A stretch of 64,000 nt of DNA from an uncultured Desulfospira sp. (GTDB lineage Bacteria > Desulfobacterota > Desulfobacteria > Desulfobacterales > Desulfobacteraceae): the NCBI GenBank assembly GCA_963663165.1, contig OY760175.1, positions 2,048,001 to 2,112,000 of the forward strand, in the 5' to 3' direction. Both the position numbers and the translations under genes were made by a program. The notes below the pieces were generated by a model. That model saw only the letters and a list, made by a program, of their open reading frames with translations. It made no database searches and was not told the origin of the DNA. Below are positions 20,141-29,149 of the stretch, piece by piece; the stretch's first letter is position 1, and every line of letters begins with the position of its first letter.

Positions 20141-21529
20141 ATGACTCGGTTTATCAGAACACACTTTATTTTCTTACTGCTGGCAGCGGCCTGTCTGGCA
20201 TTGACCTATGTCTGTGTTCTGATTCATGAAAGCCGGCTTGGCCGGACCCTGTCCAGTGTGGAAAAGGTTCAGGAATCCGGCACCCTCAGACTGGTCACGG
20301 CCAAGGCCATGAACACCTATTACCTTTATAAAGGGAAACCGGCCGGGTTTGAATATGATCTGGCCAAAGAATTTGCCAAATTCATGAACGTGGAACTTGA
20401 TGTCATTACGCCGGGATGGAACAACATGTTTCTTTGCCTTGACCAGGGCAAAGGCGACGTTGTTGCCGCCGGCATTTCCATTACCAAAAGACGGCTTAGG
20501 CAGGTGGCCTTTTCCATTCCCTACATGACCATTCAGCAGCGGATCATTCACCACCGCCTGATCCTGGAGCCAAAGGATATAGAGGATTTAGGCTTTCGGA
20601 CCATCCACGTCAGGCGGGGGACCTCCTACCATTCACGGCTTGAGCAGATAAAAATTGAGGGGGTGCCCTTAACCTATATTCTCCATGACAATACCCCCAC
20701 CGAAGAGCTCCTTGCCATGGTCAATGAGCGGAAAATTAAATTTACCGTTGCCGACTCCAACATTGCCCTGATCAGCCAGCGGTATTATCCGGACATCCGA
20801 ATCGGCATCCCTATCCAGGAAAAAGAGTCCCTGGCCTGGGCCATTCGAAAAGATGATCCGGAAATGCTCAAGGCGGTGAACCGCTTTTTTCTGTATGCCA
20901 ATGAAACCGGCATCTTGGAAGCCATTACAGAAAAATATTACCACAATATCAATGAAGTGGATATTTTTGATGTTAAAAAGTTTCACAAACGGATAAAATC
21001 AAGACTGCCCCAATACAAAAAACTGATTCAGACGGAATGCAAAAAATACGGTTTTGACTGGCGGCTGATTACCGCCGTGATTTACCAGGAATCCCATTTT
21101 GATGAGGATGCCGTCAGCAAGACCAATGTCAGGGGCTTAATGCAGGTTACCCATGCCACAGCAGCAGAACTGGGAATTAAAAATTATAAAAAACCCGACC
21201 AGAGCATCAGGGCCGGGATTAAATATTTACACAAGATGTTTCTTAAATTCGACCATATAGACGACGAATATCAACGGATGCTTTTTGCCCTTGCCAGTTA
21301 TAATATCGGATACGGCCATGTCCTTGACGCCATCAAACTTGCCCGGAAAAGGGGCCTGGACCCCGGCGTCTGGCGGTCGTTAAAGCAGACCCTGCCCCTT
21401 TTGGCCAGGCCTGCCATTGCCAAGAACTTAAAGCATGGATACGCCAGGGGCGGGGAACCGGTCCATTACATTGACCGTATCCTGACCTATTATGATATTC
21501 TCAGGCAAAAAGAAGTGTCGTTTAAATAG
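20141..21529 (+). CDS. mltF: Membrane-bound lytic murein transglycosylase F
   Basis: N-terminal TM, SBP-3 domain (GFEYDLAKEFA), SLT motifs YQESHF, GLMQVT, ASYNIG, GYARG. Confidence 0.92.
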   Translation: MTRFIRTHFIFLLLAAACLALTYVCVLIHESRLGRTLSSVEKVQESGTLRLVTAKAMNTYYLYKGKPAGFEYDLAKEFAKFMNVELDVITPGWNNMFLCLDQGKGDVVAAGISITKRRLRQVAFSIPYMTIQQRIIHHRLILEPKDIEDLGFRTIHVRRGTSYHSRLEQIKIEGVPLTYILHDNTPTEELLAMVNERKIKFTVADSNIALISQRYYPDIRIGIPIQEKESLAWAIRKDDPEMLKAVNRFFLYANETGILEAITEKYYHNINEVDIFDVKKFHKRIKSRLPQYKKLIQTECKKYGFDWRLITAVIYQESHFDEDAVSKTNVRGLMQVTHATAAELGIKNYKKPDQSIRAGIKYLHKMFLKFDHIDDEYQRMLFALASYNIGYGHVLDAIKLARKRGLDPGVWRSLKQTLPLLARPAIAKNLKHGYARGGEPVHYIDRILTYYDILRQKEVSFK

Positions 21530-21711
21530 CGGTCATGGACCGTCTTTGCCTGTTCAGCCAGGCATGGGTCCACAACAAATAATGAAAGTCTTCTCAAGAT
21601 GTTAGTGAGACTTTCATATAACGGCCACGGGCCGCCTTGGTTATCCAACCAAGAACCGCCCACAACAAATATTGAAAGAGCTCAAAAGGTTGCTGAGTCT
21701 TTCATATAAAA
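21527..21711 (+). repeat. Repeat family A, two tandem ~93-bp three-hairpin units
   Basis: Units 21527-21618 and 21619-21711 share CCACAACAAATA.TGAAAG...CTTTCATATA with the copies at 32237 and 63569. Confidence 0.9.
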
Positions 21712-21731
21712 ATCAAAAAACAGGCATTTAC

Positions 21732-23195
21732 ATGACAAGAAAAATTTTAATCAACGCTTTGGATCCTGATGTCAGCCGGATTGCCGCAGTAGTGGAAAAC
21801 AAGCTGGATCAGTTTCACATTGAAACCCGGGCAAGACAGGTGACCCAGGGCAACATTTACAAAGGGATAGTGACCCGGGTTGAGCCGAGTCTTCAGGCTG
21901 TTTTTGTGGATTACGGCATGGAAAAGAACGGGTTTTTACAAAAAAATGAAATCCACCGGGATTACTTTCAGGACGTGGAGGAAAAGGGAAAAACCCTGTT
22001 CAACCTGATCAAAAAGGGTCAGGAGATGATTGTCCAGGTGGTCAAGGATCCCATCAACCTGAAAGGGGCCATGCTCACCACCTTTGTCTCCCTGCCCGGA
22101 CGGCTCGGGGTGTTGATGCCCGGCAACACCACCCGGGGCGTGTCCAGAAAAATCGAAGAAGAGGAAGAACGAAAACGGCTGGTGAAAATCATTAAAAGCG
22201 TTGACATCCCCGAAGGGTTTGGAATGATTGTAAGGACTGCCGGGAAAGGGGCCAATAAAACCCAGCTGACTGCTGATTTAAGGTATCTGATGAGGGTCTG
22301 GAAAAACATTGACAAACTTGGGGTTGAAAACCAGGCCCCCTGCATGCTGTATAAAGAGCAGAGCTTAGCGGTCCGATCCCTGCGGGATTATTTCACTACC
22401 GATGTCAGGGAAATTCTCATTGACAACCCCGAGACCTTTAAAGAGGTCAAAGAGTTCATGACCAATATTGCCCCTAAACAGCAGAAAATCGTTCACCTGT
22501 TTAAAGGGGAAAAACCCATTTTCACCAAATACCAGCTCGAAGACCAGATTGCCTCGATTTTCAAGCGGGAGGTCCAGCTCAAGTCCGGCGGGTTCCTGGT
22601 CATAGAGCAAACCGAGGCCATGGTGACCATTGATGTTAACTCAGGCAAATCCACCAAAAGAAAAAATATTGAGGAAACCGCTTTTCACACCAACATTGAA
22701 GCGGCGGAGGAAGTGGCCCGGCAGCTGAGGCTTCGGGATATGGGCGGCCTGATCGTGGTTGATTTTATCGACATGAAGGAAAGACGCCATAAGGCGGATA
22801 TCACCAAAACCCTTAAAAAATTTCTAAAAGGGGACAAGGCAAAAACCAAAGTCGGCGGCATCACCCCTTTCGGCCTGCTGGAAATGTCCCGCCAGAGGAT
22901 TCGGCATTCCATCACCTTTGGAAGCTATGAAACCTGCAGGCAGTGCAACGGAAGAGGAATGGTTCCATCGGTAGAAACCCAGGGACTGGCCTTTTTAAGG
23001 CAGATCAACCTGAAAACATTAAAACCGGAGGTAAAGCAGGTCGTGGGGATGATTCCCAGGGAAGTGGCCTACTACATTTTAAACAAAAAGCGCGAAGAAC
23101 TGCTGGAAATCGAATCCAAACGGAATGTGTCCATCACCATTGAAATTGATCCGGAAATGGTGTCCGGCCAGAGTAGCATTACCTGTCATACCTGA
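21732..23195 (+). CDS. rne: Ribonuclease E/G family
   Basis: GNIYKGIVTRVEPSLQAVFVDYG, IDVNSG, RQLRLRDMGGLIVVDFIDM, CxxC Zn link. 487 aa, catalytic domain only. Confidence 0.92.
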   Translation: MTRKILINALDPDVSRIAAVVENKLDQFHIETRARQVTQGNIYKGIVTRVEPSLQAVFVDYGMEKNGFLQKNEIHRDYFQDVEEKGKTLFNLIKKGQEMIVQVVKDPINLKGAMLTTFVSLPGRLGVLMPGNTTRGVSRKIEEEEERKRLVKIIKSVDIPEGFGMIVRTAGKGANKTQLTADLRYLMRVWKNIDKLGVENQAPCMLYKEQSLAVRSLRDYFTTDVREILIDNPETFKEVKEFMTNIAPKQQKIVHLFKGEKPIFTKYQLEDQIASIFKREVQLKSGGFLVIEQTEAMVTIDVNSGKSTKRKNIEETAFHTNIEAAEEVARQLRLRDMGGLIVVDFIDMKERRHKADITKTLKKFLKGDKAKTKVGGITPFGLLEMSRQRIRHSITFGSYETCRQCNGRGMVPSVETQGLAFLRQINLKTLKPEVKQVVGMIPREVAYYILNKKREELLEIESKRNVSITIEIDPEMVSGQSSITCHT

Positions 23196-23356
23196 TGGAT
23201 GGTTTTCCTAAAAGACTTGAATTTACCACGGACAGTTTCTTGACATAACCATAAGTTTTGTGTATCTGAAACCGTTTACCGGATTTTTAATGGCATCCCT
23301 GAAAATTTCAACCGGCGGGACCAAAGCTGCACGGCGGTTATTGCAAAGGAGAAGCA

Positions 23357-24274
23357 ATGCTGTTGAAAAAGAATTCAAACAAAATGGTCACCATTGTGAT
23401 GGGTTTAATTGTCCTGGTGGCGGCCGGTTTTTTTGTGGCAAAGGGAATCAAAACGGCGGTGACAAGCCGTTCTTCCCTGCAACCGGAAAAGCCTGAGAAC
23501 CTTTCGGACAAGGCCAAACCCGAAGGGGAAAAGGATGCCCCGCAGGTGGTCAAAGGAACCATAAAGGCAGAACCTGAAATTAATTTTAAGGATCTGAACA
23601 AAAATCCGGAACTCGATAAACTCATGGCGGACCGGAAAGCCAAGTCCGGGGTTGATAAAAGCCTGGATATGATTGTCCAGTCCGATGAAAAATTTGTTGT
23701 GGGGGGCCAGAAAATCTCCATGAAGGAAATCCTTAAAAAGGCCATGGCCCAAAAAGGAGAAATTTTCCAGGAAGATATCCGGGTTCCCGGGGAATCCGAA
23801 GAACCCGTGGCATCCAGGGCATCCGGAGGATCAGGGGCAATAAGGGAATCCAGTTCATCGGAGGGATCCGGGGTATCGGAGGAATCCGGGGCGCCGCTGC
23901 CGAAAGGAATTAAGGAATACGGCATTTATGTGGTCCGCAAAGGGGACAATATCTGGAACATCCACTTTAACATTTTAAAGGAATTTTATTCATCCCGGGG
24001 AATCAGCGTAGCCTCCCGGGCCGATGAACCGGTCAATGAGGGGGTCAGTTCCGGTGTGGGGAAAATTTTGAAATTTTCAGAACAAATGGTTATGATCTAC
24101 AACCTTACGGAACGAAAGATGGCCGATGATATCAACCTGTTGCAGCCCTTAAGCAAGATTATTGTTTACAACATGGGGGAAATATTCTCACTGTTGCAGG
24201 AGGTCACCTACGAGAACGTAGACAGAATTCAATTTGACGGAACGAGCATCTGGATTCCGGCAAAACAATCATGA
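23357..24274 (+). CDS. Membrane-anchored hypothetical protein with LysM-like segment
   Basis: AAGGAG RBS, N-terminal TM, S/G/E-rich linker from 9-bp repeats, YVVRKGDNIWNI. Confidence 0.75.
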   Translation: MLLKKNSNKMVTIVMGLIVLVAAGFFVAKGIKTAVTSRSSLQPEKPENLSDKAKPEGEKDAPQVVKGTIKAEPEINFKDLNKNPELDKLMADRKAKSGVDKSLDMIVQSDEKFVVGGQKISMKEILKKAMAQKGEIFQEDIRVPGESEEPVASRASGGSGAIRESSSSEGSGVSEESGAPLPKGIKEYGIYVVRKGDNIWNIHFNILKEFYSSRGISVASRADEPVNEGVSSGVGKILKFSEQMVMIYNLTERKMADDINLLQPLSKIIVYNMGEIFSLLQEVTYENVDRIQFDGTSIWIPAKQS

Positions 24275-24301
24275 TTTAACATATTTGAAGGAGGCATTAT
24301 T

Positions 24302-24646
24302 TTGATCAGCACAGCATTTGCAATGGGACCAACCGGAGGGGAAGCGGCACAGGGCGGCGGACTTGCAGGGTTTCTGCCTATAATTATTTTATTTGCCATT
24401 TTTTACTTTCTTTTAATCCGTCCCCAGCAGAAGAAAGCCAAAGAGCATAAAGAGATGATCACCAACCTTAAAAAAGGGGACCGGATCATCACTTCCGGCG
24501 GTATCCACGGCACCATCCAGTCCATAGACGACACCAGCATCGGGCTTGAAATTGCCGAAAAGGTTAAAATTAAACTCTCCAGGGGAAATGTGGCCGGACT
24601 GTTGTCCGTCAGTGAACCCAACCCCAAATCATCACAGAAAAAATAA
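24302..24646 (+). CDS. yajC: Preprotein translocase YajC
   Basis: FYFLLIRPQQKK, LKKGDRIITSGGIHG; lies upstream of secD. Confidence 0.96.
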   Translation: MISTAFAMGPTGGEAAQGGGLAGFLPIIILFAIFYFLLIRPQQKKAKEHKEMITNLKKGDRIITSGGIHGTIQSIDDTSIGLEIAEKVKIKLSRGNVAGLLSVSEPNPKSSQKK

Positions 24647-24670
24647 AAACCACTTAGGAGCATTCTCAAA

Positions 24671-26245
24671 TTGAAATCATTTACCTTTAAACGCGTGTGC
24701 ATCCTGGGCATCATCATAGCGGCCGCTGTCTGGCTGCTGCCGACTTTCACCGACACCTGGCCCCACAAGAAAATAAACTTAGGGCTTGATCTTCAAGGGG
24801 GAATGCACCTTATTCTGGAAGTTCAGAACGTCAAGGCCGTTGAAGCGGAGATAGAAAGAGATCTTCACGAACTCAAAAAAGAGATGAGAAACGAAAAAAT
24901 CCAACACCTTGGCGTCAGCCGCCAGAAAAACAATACCATCCAGGTCAAACTCCAGGGGGCTGAAAACAAGGCCGGATTTGAAAAAATCCTGTCCAGTGAG
25001 TTCCCGAATTTTAAAGTCTCCTCTTCGGGCGGGAGCGAACAAGGCTACACTTTTCAATTAAGCCTGCCAGGCGAAGACGTGGATAATATTAAAAAAATGG
25101 CCACGGAACAGGCCCTTGAAACCATCCGGAACCGGATAGACGAGTTCGGGGTTTCAGAACCGGATATCCGGCTTCAGGGGGATAACCGGATTCTTCTCCA
25201 GCTTCCGGGTATCACCGACCCGGACCGGGCCAAATCCCTGATCGGAAAAACCGCCCAGCTGACCTTCCAGCTGGTCAATGAAGAGGCCAGCGTCGAGGCG
25301 GCGGTTAAAGGAAGCGCGCCGGTGGGCAGTGAGATCCTTTATGAAACCAAAACCGACCCGGTCTCAGGGGCAGTGTCTAAAATCCCCCTGGTCATAAAGA
25401 AACAGGTCCTTCTGGACGGCAGCCTTCTGACCAACGCCAAAGTGGAGTTTGACCAGTATCAGCAGCCCCAGGTGGGCATTGAATTCAGCCGGAAAGGGGC
25501 CCGGATTTTTGAACGGATCACCGGCCAGAACGTTAAAAAACGGCTGGCCATTGTCCTGGATAAAACCGTGTATTCCGCCCCGGTCATCCAGGACCGGATT
25601 GCCGGCGGAAAGGCCAGAATCACAGGACGGTTCACCGCTGAAGAGGCCAAGGACCTGGCCATTGCCTTAAGGGCCGGTTCGCTGCCGGCGCCGGTCACCA
25701 TCATTGAAGAAAGAACCGTGGGACCGACCCTGGGCGCTGATTCTGTCCGCATGGGGCTGATGTCCATGATCGTGGGCGGTGCCCTGGTGATCTTGTTCAT
25801 GCTGATCTATTATAAAGGGGCCGGGCTGATTGCCGACGTGGCCCTGGTGGTCAATATTATTCTTATCGGCGGCGGCCTTGCCGCATTCCAGGCCACCCTG
25901 ACCCTGCCGGGCATTGCCGGCATCATCCTGACCATTGGTATGGCCGTGGATGCCAACGTGATTATTTTTGAGCGGATAAGGGAAGAACTGAGGGCCGGAA
26001 AAACCGCCCTGGCATCGGTTAATGCCGGGTTTGAACGGGCCACCCTCACCATTCTGGATGCCAATGTCACCACCCTGATCGCCGCCATTGTGCTTTTCCA
26101 GTTCGGTACAGGCCCGGTCAAGGGGTTTGCCGTTACCCTGGCGTTAGGCATTGTGGCCAGTCTTTTTACAGCGCTGATCCTGTCAAAAAGCCTGTTTGAT
26201 TTCATCCTCCAGAAAAAAGAATCCTCATCAACTCTCAGCATATAA
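24671..26245 (+). CDS. secD: Protein translocase SecD
   Basis: LGLDLQGG, IRNRIDEFGVSEP, VGPTLG, GMAVDANVIIFERIREE. Confidence 0.97.
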   Translation: MKSFTFKRVCILGIIIAAAVWLLPTFTDTWPHKKINLGLDLQGGMHLILEVQNVKAVEAEIERDLHELKKEMRNEKIQHLGVSRQKNNTIQVKLQGAENKAGFEKILSSEFPNFKVSSSGGSEQGYTFQLSLPGEDVDNIKKMATEQALETIRNRIDEFGVSEPDIRLQGDNRILLQLPGITDPDRAKSLIGKTAQLTFQLVNEEASVEAAVKGSAPVGSEILYETKTDPVSGAVSKIPLVIKKQVLLDGSLLTNAKVEFDQYQQPQVGIEFSRKGARIFERITGQNVKKRLAIVLDKTVYSAPVIQDRIAGGKARITGRFTAEEAKDLAIALRAGSLPAPVTIIEERTVGPTLGADSVRMGLMSMIVGGALVILFMLIYYKGAGLIADVALVVNIILIGGGLAAFQATLTLPGIAGIILTIGMAVDANVIIFERIREELRAGKTALASVNAGFERATLTILDANVTTLIAAIVLFQFGTGPVKGFAVTLALGIVASLFTALILSKSLFDFILQKKESSSTLSI

Positions 26246-26259
26246 GGAAATCCAGAATA

Positions 26260-27294
26260 ATGCAGATTATCAAACCTGATACCAATATTGATTTTATCGG
26301 GAGGCAGAAATTCGGTTATATATTCTCCGGATTGTTGCTCCTCGCCAGTATAATTTCACTGATTGTTCACGGGGGGCCCAATTACGGAATTGATTTTGCC
26401 GGAGGGACCCTGGTCCAGGTCAAATTCACAAAGGATATATCCATTTCCGATATCAGGGCCAGTTTGGAAGCGCTGGACCTGAAAGATATTTCCGTTCAGG
26501 GATTTGGGGAAGCCAATGCCCATGAATACCTCATCCGGACCGCCAGTTCCGAAAAAGAAGGACAGCCCCTGGATGAAATCGTTTCAAAGGCCATTGAAAC
26601 CGCCACAGGCACCGCCCCTGAAATCCGGCGGGTGGAGATGGTCGGCCCCCAGGTGGGCAACGACCTGAAACGCAAAGCGCTTCTGGCCATTTTTTATTCC
26701 CTGCTGTTTATTACCATTTATATTTCAGGACGGTTTGAACTCAAATGGGGCCTGTCCGGGGTCACGGCCGGCGCCCTGATGGCCGCAGTTTATTTTTTCT
26801 CCATTTTCAATGTGAGCATGCCGGTCCTCATTGCCGCAGCCATGGTGGTTTCCCTGGCCCTTTTCTGGTACCTGAAGCTCCAGTTTGCCATGGGTGCCAT
26901 TGTGGCCCTGATCCACGACGTCACCATTACCGTGGGGGTGTTTTCCATCCTCAACCTTGACTTCTCTTTGTCCATTATTGCCGCTTTGTTAACCATTATA
27001 GGCTACTCGCTGAACGATACCATTATCGTGTTTGACCGGATCAGGGACAACATCAAGGGGAAAACCGACAAAGACGACCTGTCCTTCTGGTTTAACAAGA
27101 GCATCAATGAGACCCTGTCACGGACCCTTCTGACCTCCATGACCACATTGATCGTTCTGCTGGCCCTGTACTTTCTGGGCGGAGAAATCATCCATAACTT
27201 TGCCTTTGCCATGATCATCGGTGTCGTGATTGGAACCTATTCTTCCATATTTGTGGCAAGCCCGATTGTGCTGGCCAATCACAACAAGGCCTAA
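26260..27294 (+). CDS. secF: Protein translocase SecF
   Basis: GIDFAGG, VGPQVG, GYSLNDTIIVFDRIR, GTYSSIF. Confidence 0.97.
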   Translation: MQIIKPDTNIDFIGRQKFGYIFSGLLLLASIISLIVHGGPNYGIDFAGGTLVQVKFTKDISISDIRASLEALDLKDISVQGFGEANAHEYLIRTASSEKEGQPLDEIVSKAIETATGTAPEIRRVEMVGPQVGNDLKRKALLAIFYSLLFITIYISGRFELKWGLSGVTAGALMAAVYFFSIFNVSMPVLIAAAMVVSLALFWYLKLQFAMGAIVALIHDVTITVGVFSILNLDFSLSIIAALLTIIGYSLNDTIIVFDRIRDNIKGKTDKDDLSFWFNKSINETLSRTLLTSMTTLIVLLALYFLGGEIIHNFAFAMIIGVVIGTYSSIFVASPIVLANHNKA

Positions 27295-27297
27295 GGA

Positions 27298-27951
27298 ATG
27301 GTTTGGCAGCGGATTCCATATGGCATGTGGATTCTGTTTTTATGCAGTACCTTAAGCGTTTCATGTATTCACAAGGAACCGGCCGGGCAGATCCGGCCGG
27401 TTCCTTCACCCGCGCAGACATCAGCACAGCCTGTTCTTGATATTACCGAAGAACCGACACCAGACCATCAAATCCAAGAACTCACCCGGCGGGTCCGGCA
27501 GCTGGAGCAGAAAGTGACCGTCCTGGAGGCCCGGACCCAAAAGAATTCGACAAGTCAACCCGTCTATAAAATCGAATATACCGATCCGGATGAACTTTAT
27601 CAGAAAGCCCGGGACCTTTGCCTGGAAAAAGATTTCACAAGCGCGGCCAAGATATTCCAGACATTTGTCCGGGACCACCCCAAACACAACCTGGCCGACA
27701 ACGCCCTTTACTGGTTAGGGGAATGCTGGTACTCCCTTGGCCGGTATGAAGCGGCGGTAAGTGACTTTAAACTCCTTGTCAAACAATATCCCAAATCGGA
27801 AAAGGTGCCCGATGCCCTGCTGAAAACCGGTTATACCTATAAAGCCATGGGCAATGCCGCACAGGCCGATATTTATTTAAAAGAGGTGTTAAAAAAATAC
27901 CCGTTTTCACCGGCCGCTGAAAAGGCCCAGAAAAAACTGAAAACCCCATGA
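27298..27951 (+). CDS. cpoB: Tol-Pal protein CpoB/YbgF-like TPR lipoprotein
   Basis: Lipobox-like SVSC, coiled coil, TPR motifs LADNALYWLGE and YPKSEKVPDALLK. Confidence 0.85.
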   Translation: MVWQRIPYGMWILFLCSTLSVSCIHKEPAGQIRPVPSPAQTSAQPVLDITEEPTPDHQIQELTRRVRQLEQKVTVLEARTQKNSTSQPVYKIEYTDPDELYQKARDLCLEKDFTSAAKIFQTFVRDHPKHNLADNALYWLGECWYSLGRYEAAVSDFKLLVKQYPKSEKVPDALLKTGYTYKAMGNAAQADIYLKEVLKKYPFSPAAEKAQKKLKTP

Positions 27952-27963
27952 TTAACCGCCAGG

Positions 27964-27998
27964 GGCTAATGGCTAATAGCTAACAGCTAACGGCTAAA
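27964..27998 (+). repeat. Heptamer tandem repeat (RGCTAAY)x5
   Basis: GGCTAAT GGCTAAT AGCTAAC AGCTAAC GGCTAAA just before dprA. Confidence 0.85.
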
Positions 27999-28006
27999 TT
28001 ATCGGA

Positions 28007-29140
28007 ATGCAATCGGACATAGAAAAAAAACTGGCCTGGTTCATTTTAAGAGAAATTCCTTTTTTAGGGAACCGAACCTGTAAACGGCTGATCCAGCACT
28101 TTAAAACACCCGATCATATCTTCGCTGCGTCAAAAGCCGACCTGGAACAGGTCAAGGGCATCACCTCAAAACAAGTCCAGGCCGTCCTCTCCTGGCCCGA
28201 CTACAAGGAAAAGGCCTTAAAAGAAATTGAAAAAATGGCGGCAAGCCATACCCAACTGGTGACCCTGGACCAGGAAACATACCCGCCCCTGTTAAAACAG
28301 ATCCATGATCCGCCCCCCCTTCTCACCTACCGGGGAAGCCTTGGCGATACCGCCACAACCCCCTGCATTGCCATTGTGGGATCAAGACGGGCCACCGCCT
28401 ACGGCCTGAACACGGCACGCCATCTGGCCGGGGCCCTTGCCCGTAACGGGTTTACCATTGTCAGCGGCATGGCCCAGGGCATTGATTCGGCCGCCCATGC
28501 CGGCGCCCTTGCCGCCGGCGGAAACACCTTTGCCGTATTGGGCTCGGGCCTGAACCGGATTTATCCAAGGCAGAATCAAAAATTATTCCATGACATCTGC
28601 GGGTCTGGTGCCGTGATATCAGAGTTTGCCCTTGACACCGAACCGTTAGCCCATAATTTCCCTGTCAGGAACAGGATCATAGCCGGTTTGTCCACAGGCA
28701 CCCTGGTGGTGGAAGCTGAAAAAAGAAGCGGCTCCCTGATTACGGCCAGGCTTTCCGGAGAGTATAACCGGGAGGTGTTTGCCGTCCCCGGCTCCATCAA
28801 GTCCAAAAAGAGCGAAGGCACCCATGCCCTGCTCAAACAGGGGGCACGACTGGTGGAAAATGAACAGGATATCCTGGACGAACTTCACCACCTTGTCCAC
28901 AAAGAGGCGGCGGCGGCAGACCCGTTGACGGATTCGTTCCAAAATACAACCAAAAATCTGCCAGCCATGGACAAAGCCCAGCGCTTAATATATAAGATGC
29001 TGGACAACTACCCCAGACATATTGATGAAATCATAGCGCAAAGCGGTCTGGAAAGCCGAAAAGTGGCCGCTGTCCTGCTCGATTTTGAATTGAACCGTAT
29101 TGCCCGGCGCGAACCCGGCAATTATTTTTCACTTTTCTAA
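28007..29140 (+). CDS. dprA: DNA-processing protein DprA
   Basis: IAIVGSR, IVSGMAQGID, FPVRNRIIAGLS, SGSLITA, REVFAVPG. Confidence 0.96.
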   Translation: MQSDIEKKLAWFILREIPFLGNRTCKRLIQHFKTPDHIFAASKADLEQVKGITSKQVQAVLSWPDYKEKALKEIEKMAASHTQLVTLDQETYPPLLKQIHDPPPLLTYRGSLGDTATTPCIAIVGSRRATAYGLNTARHLAGALARNGFTIVSGMAQGIDSAAHAGALAAGGNTFAVLGSGLNRIYPRQNQKLFHDICGSGAVISEFALDTEPLAHNFPVRNRIIAGLSTGTLVVEAEKRSGSLITARLSGEYNREVFAVPGSIKSKKSEGTHALLKQGARLVENEQDILDELHHLVHKEAAAADPLTDSFQNTTKNLPAMDKAQRLIYKMLDNYPRHIDEIIAQSGLESRKVAAVLLDFELNRIARREPGNYFSLF

Positions 29141-29149
29141 GGAGGAACA

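Noticed and set aside
21527..21711. Possible CRISPR array from tandem repeated units
   Set aside because: Only two ~93-bp units, homologous along their whole length, with no unique spacers and no cas genes.
23790..23890. 9-bp periodic repeats in the 23357 ORF and 15-bp repeats at ~34745-34815
   Set aside because: They encode ordinary low-complexity linkers.
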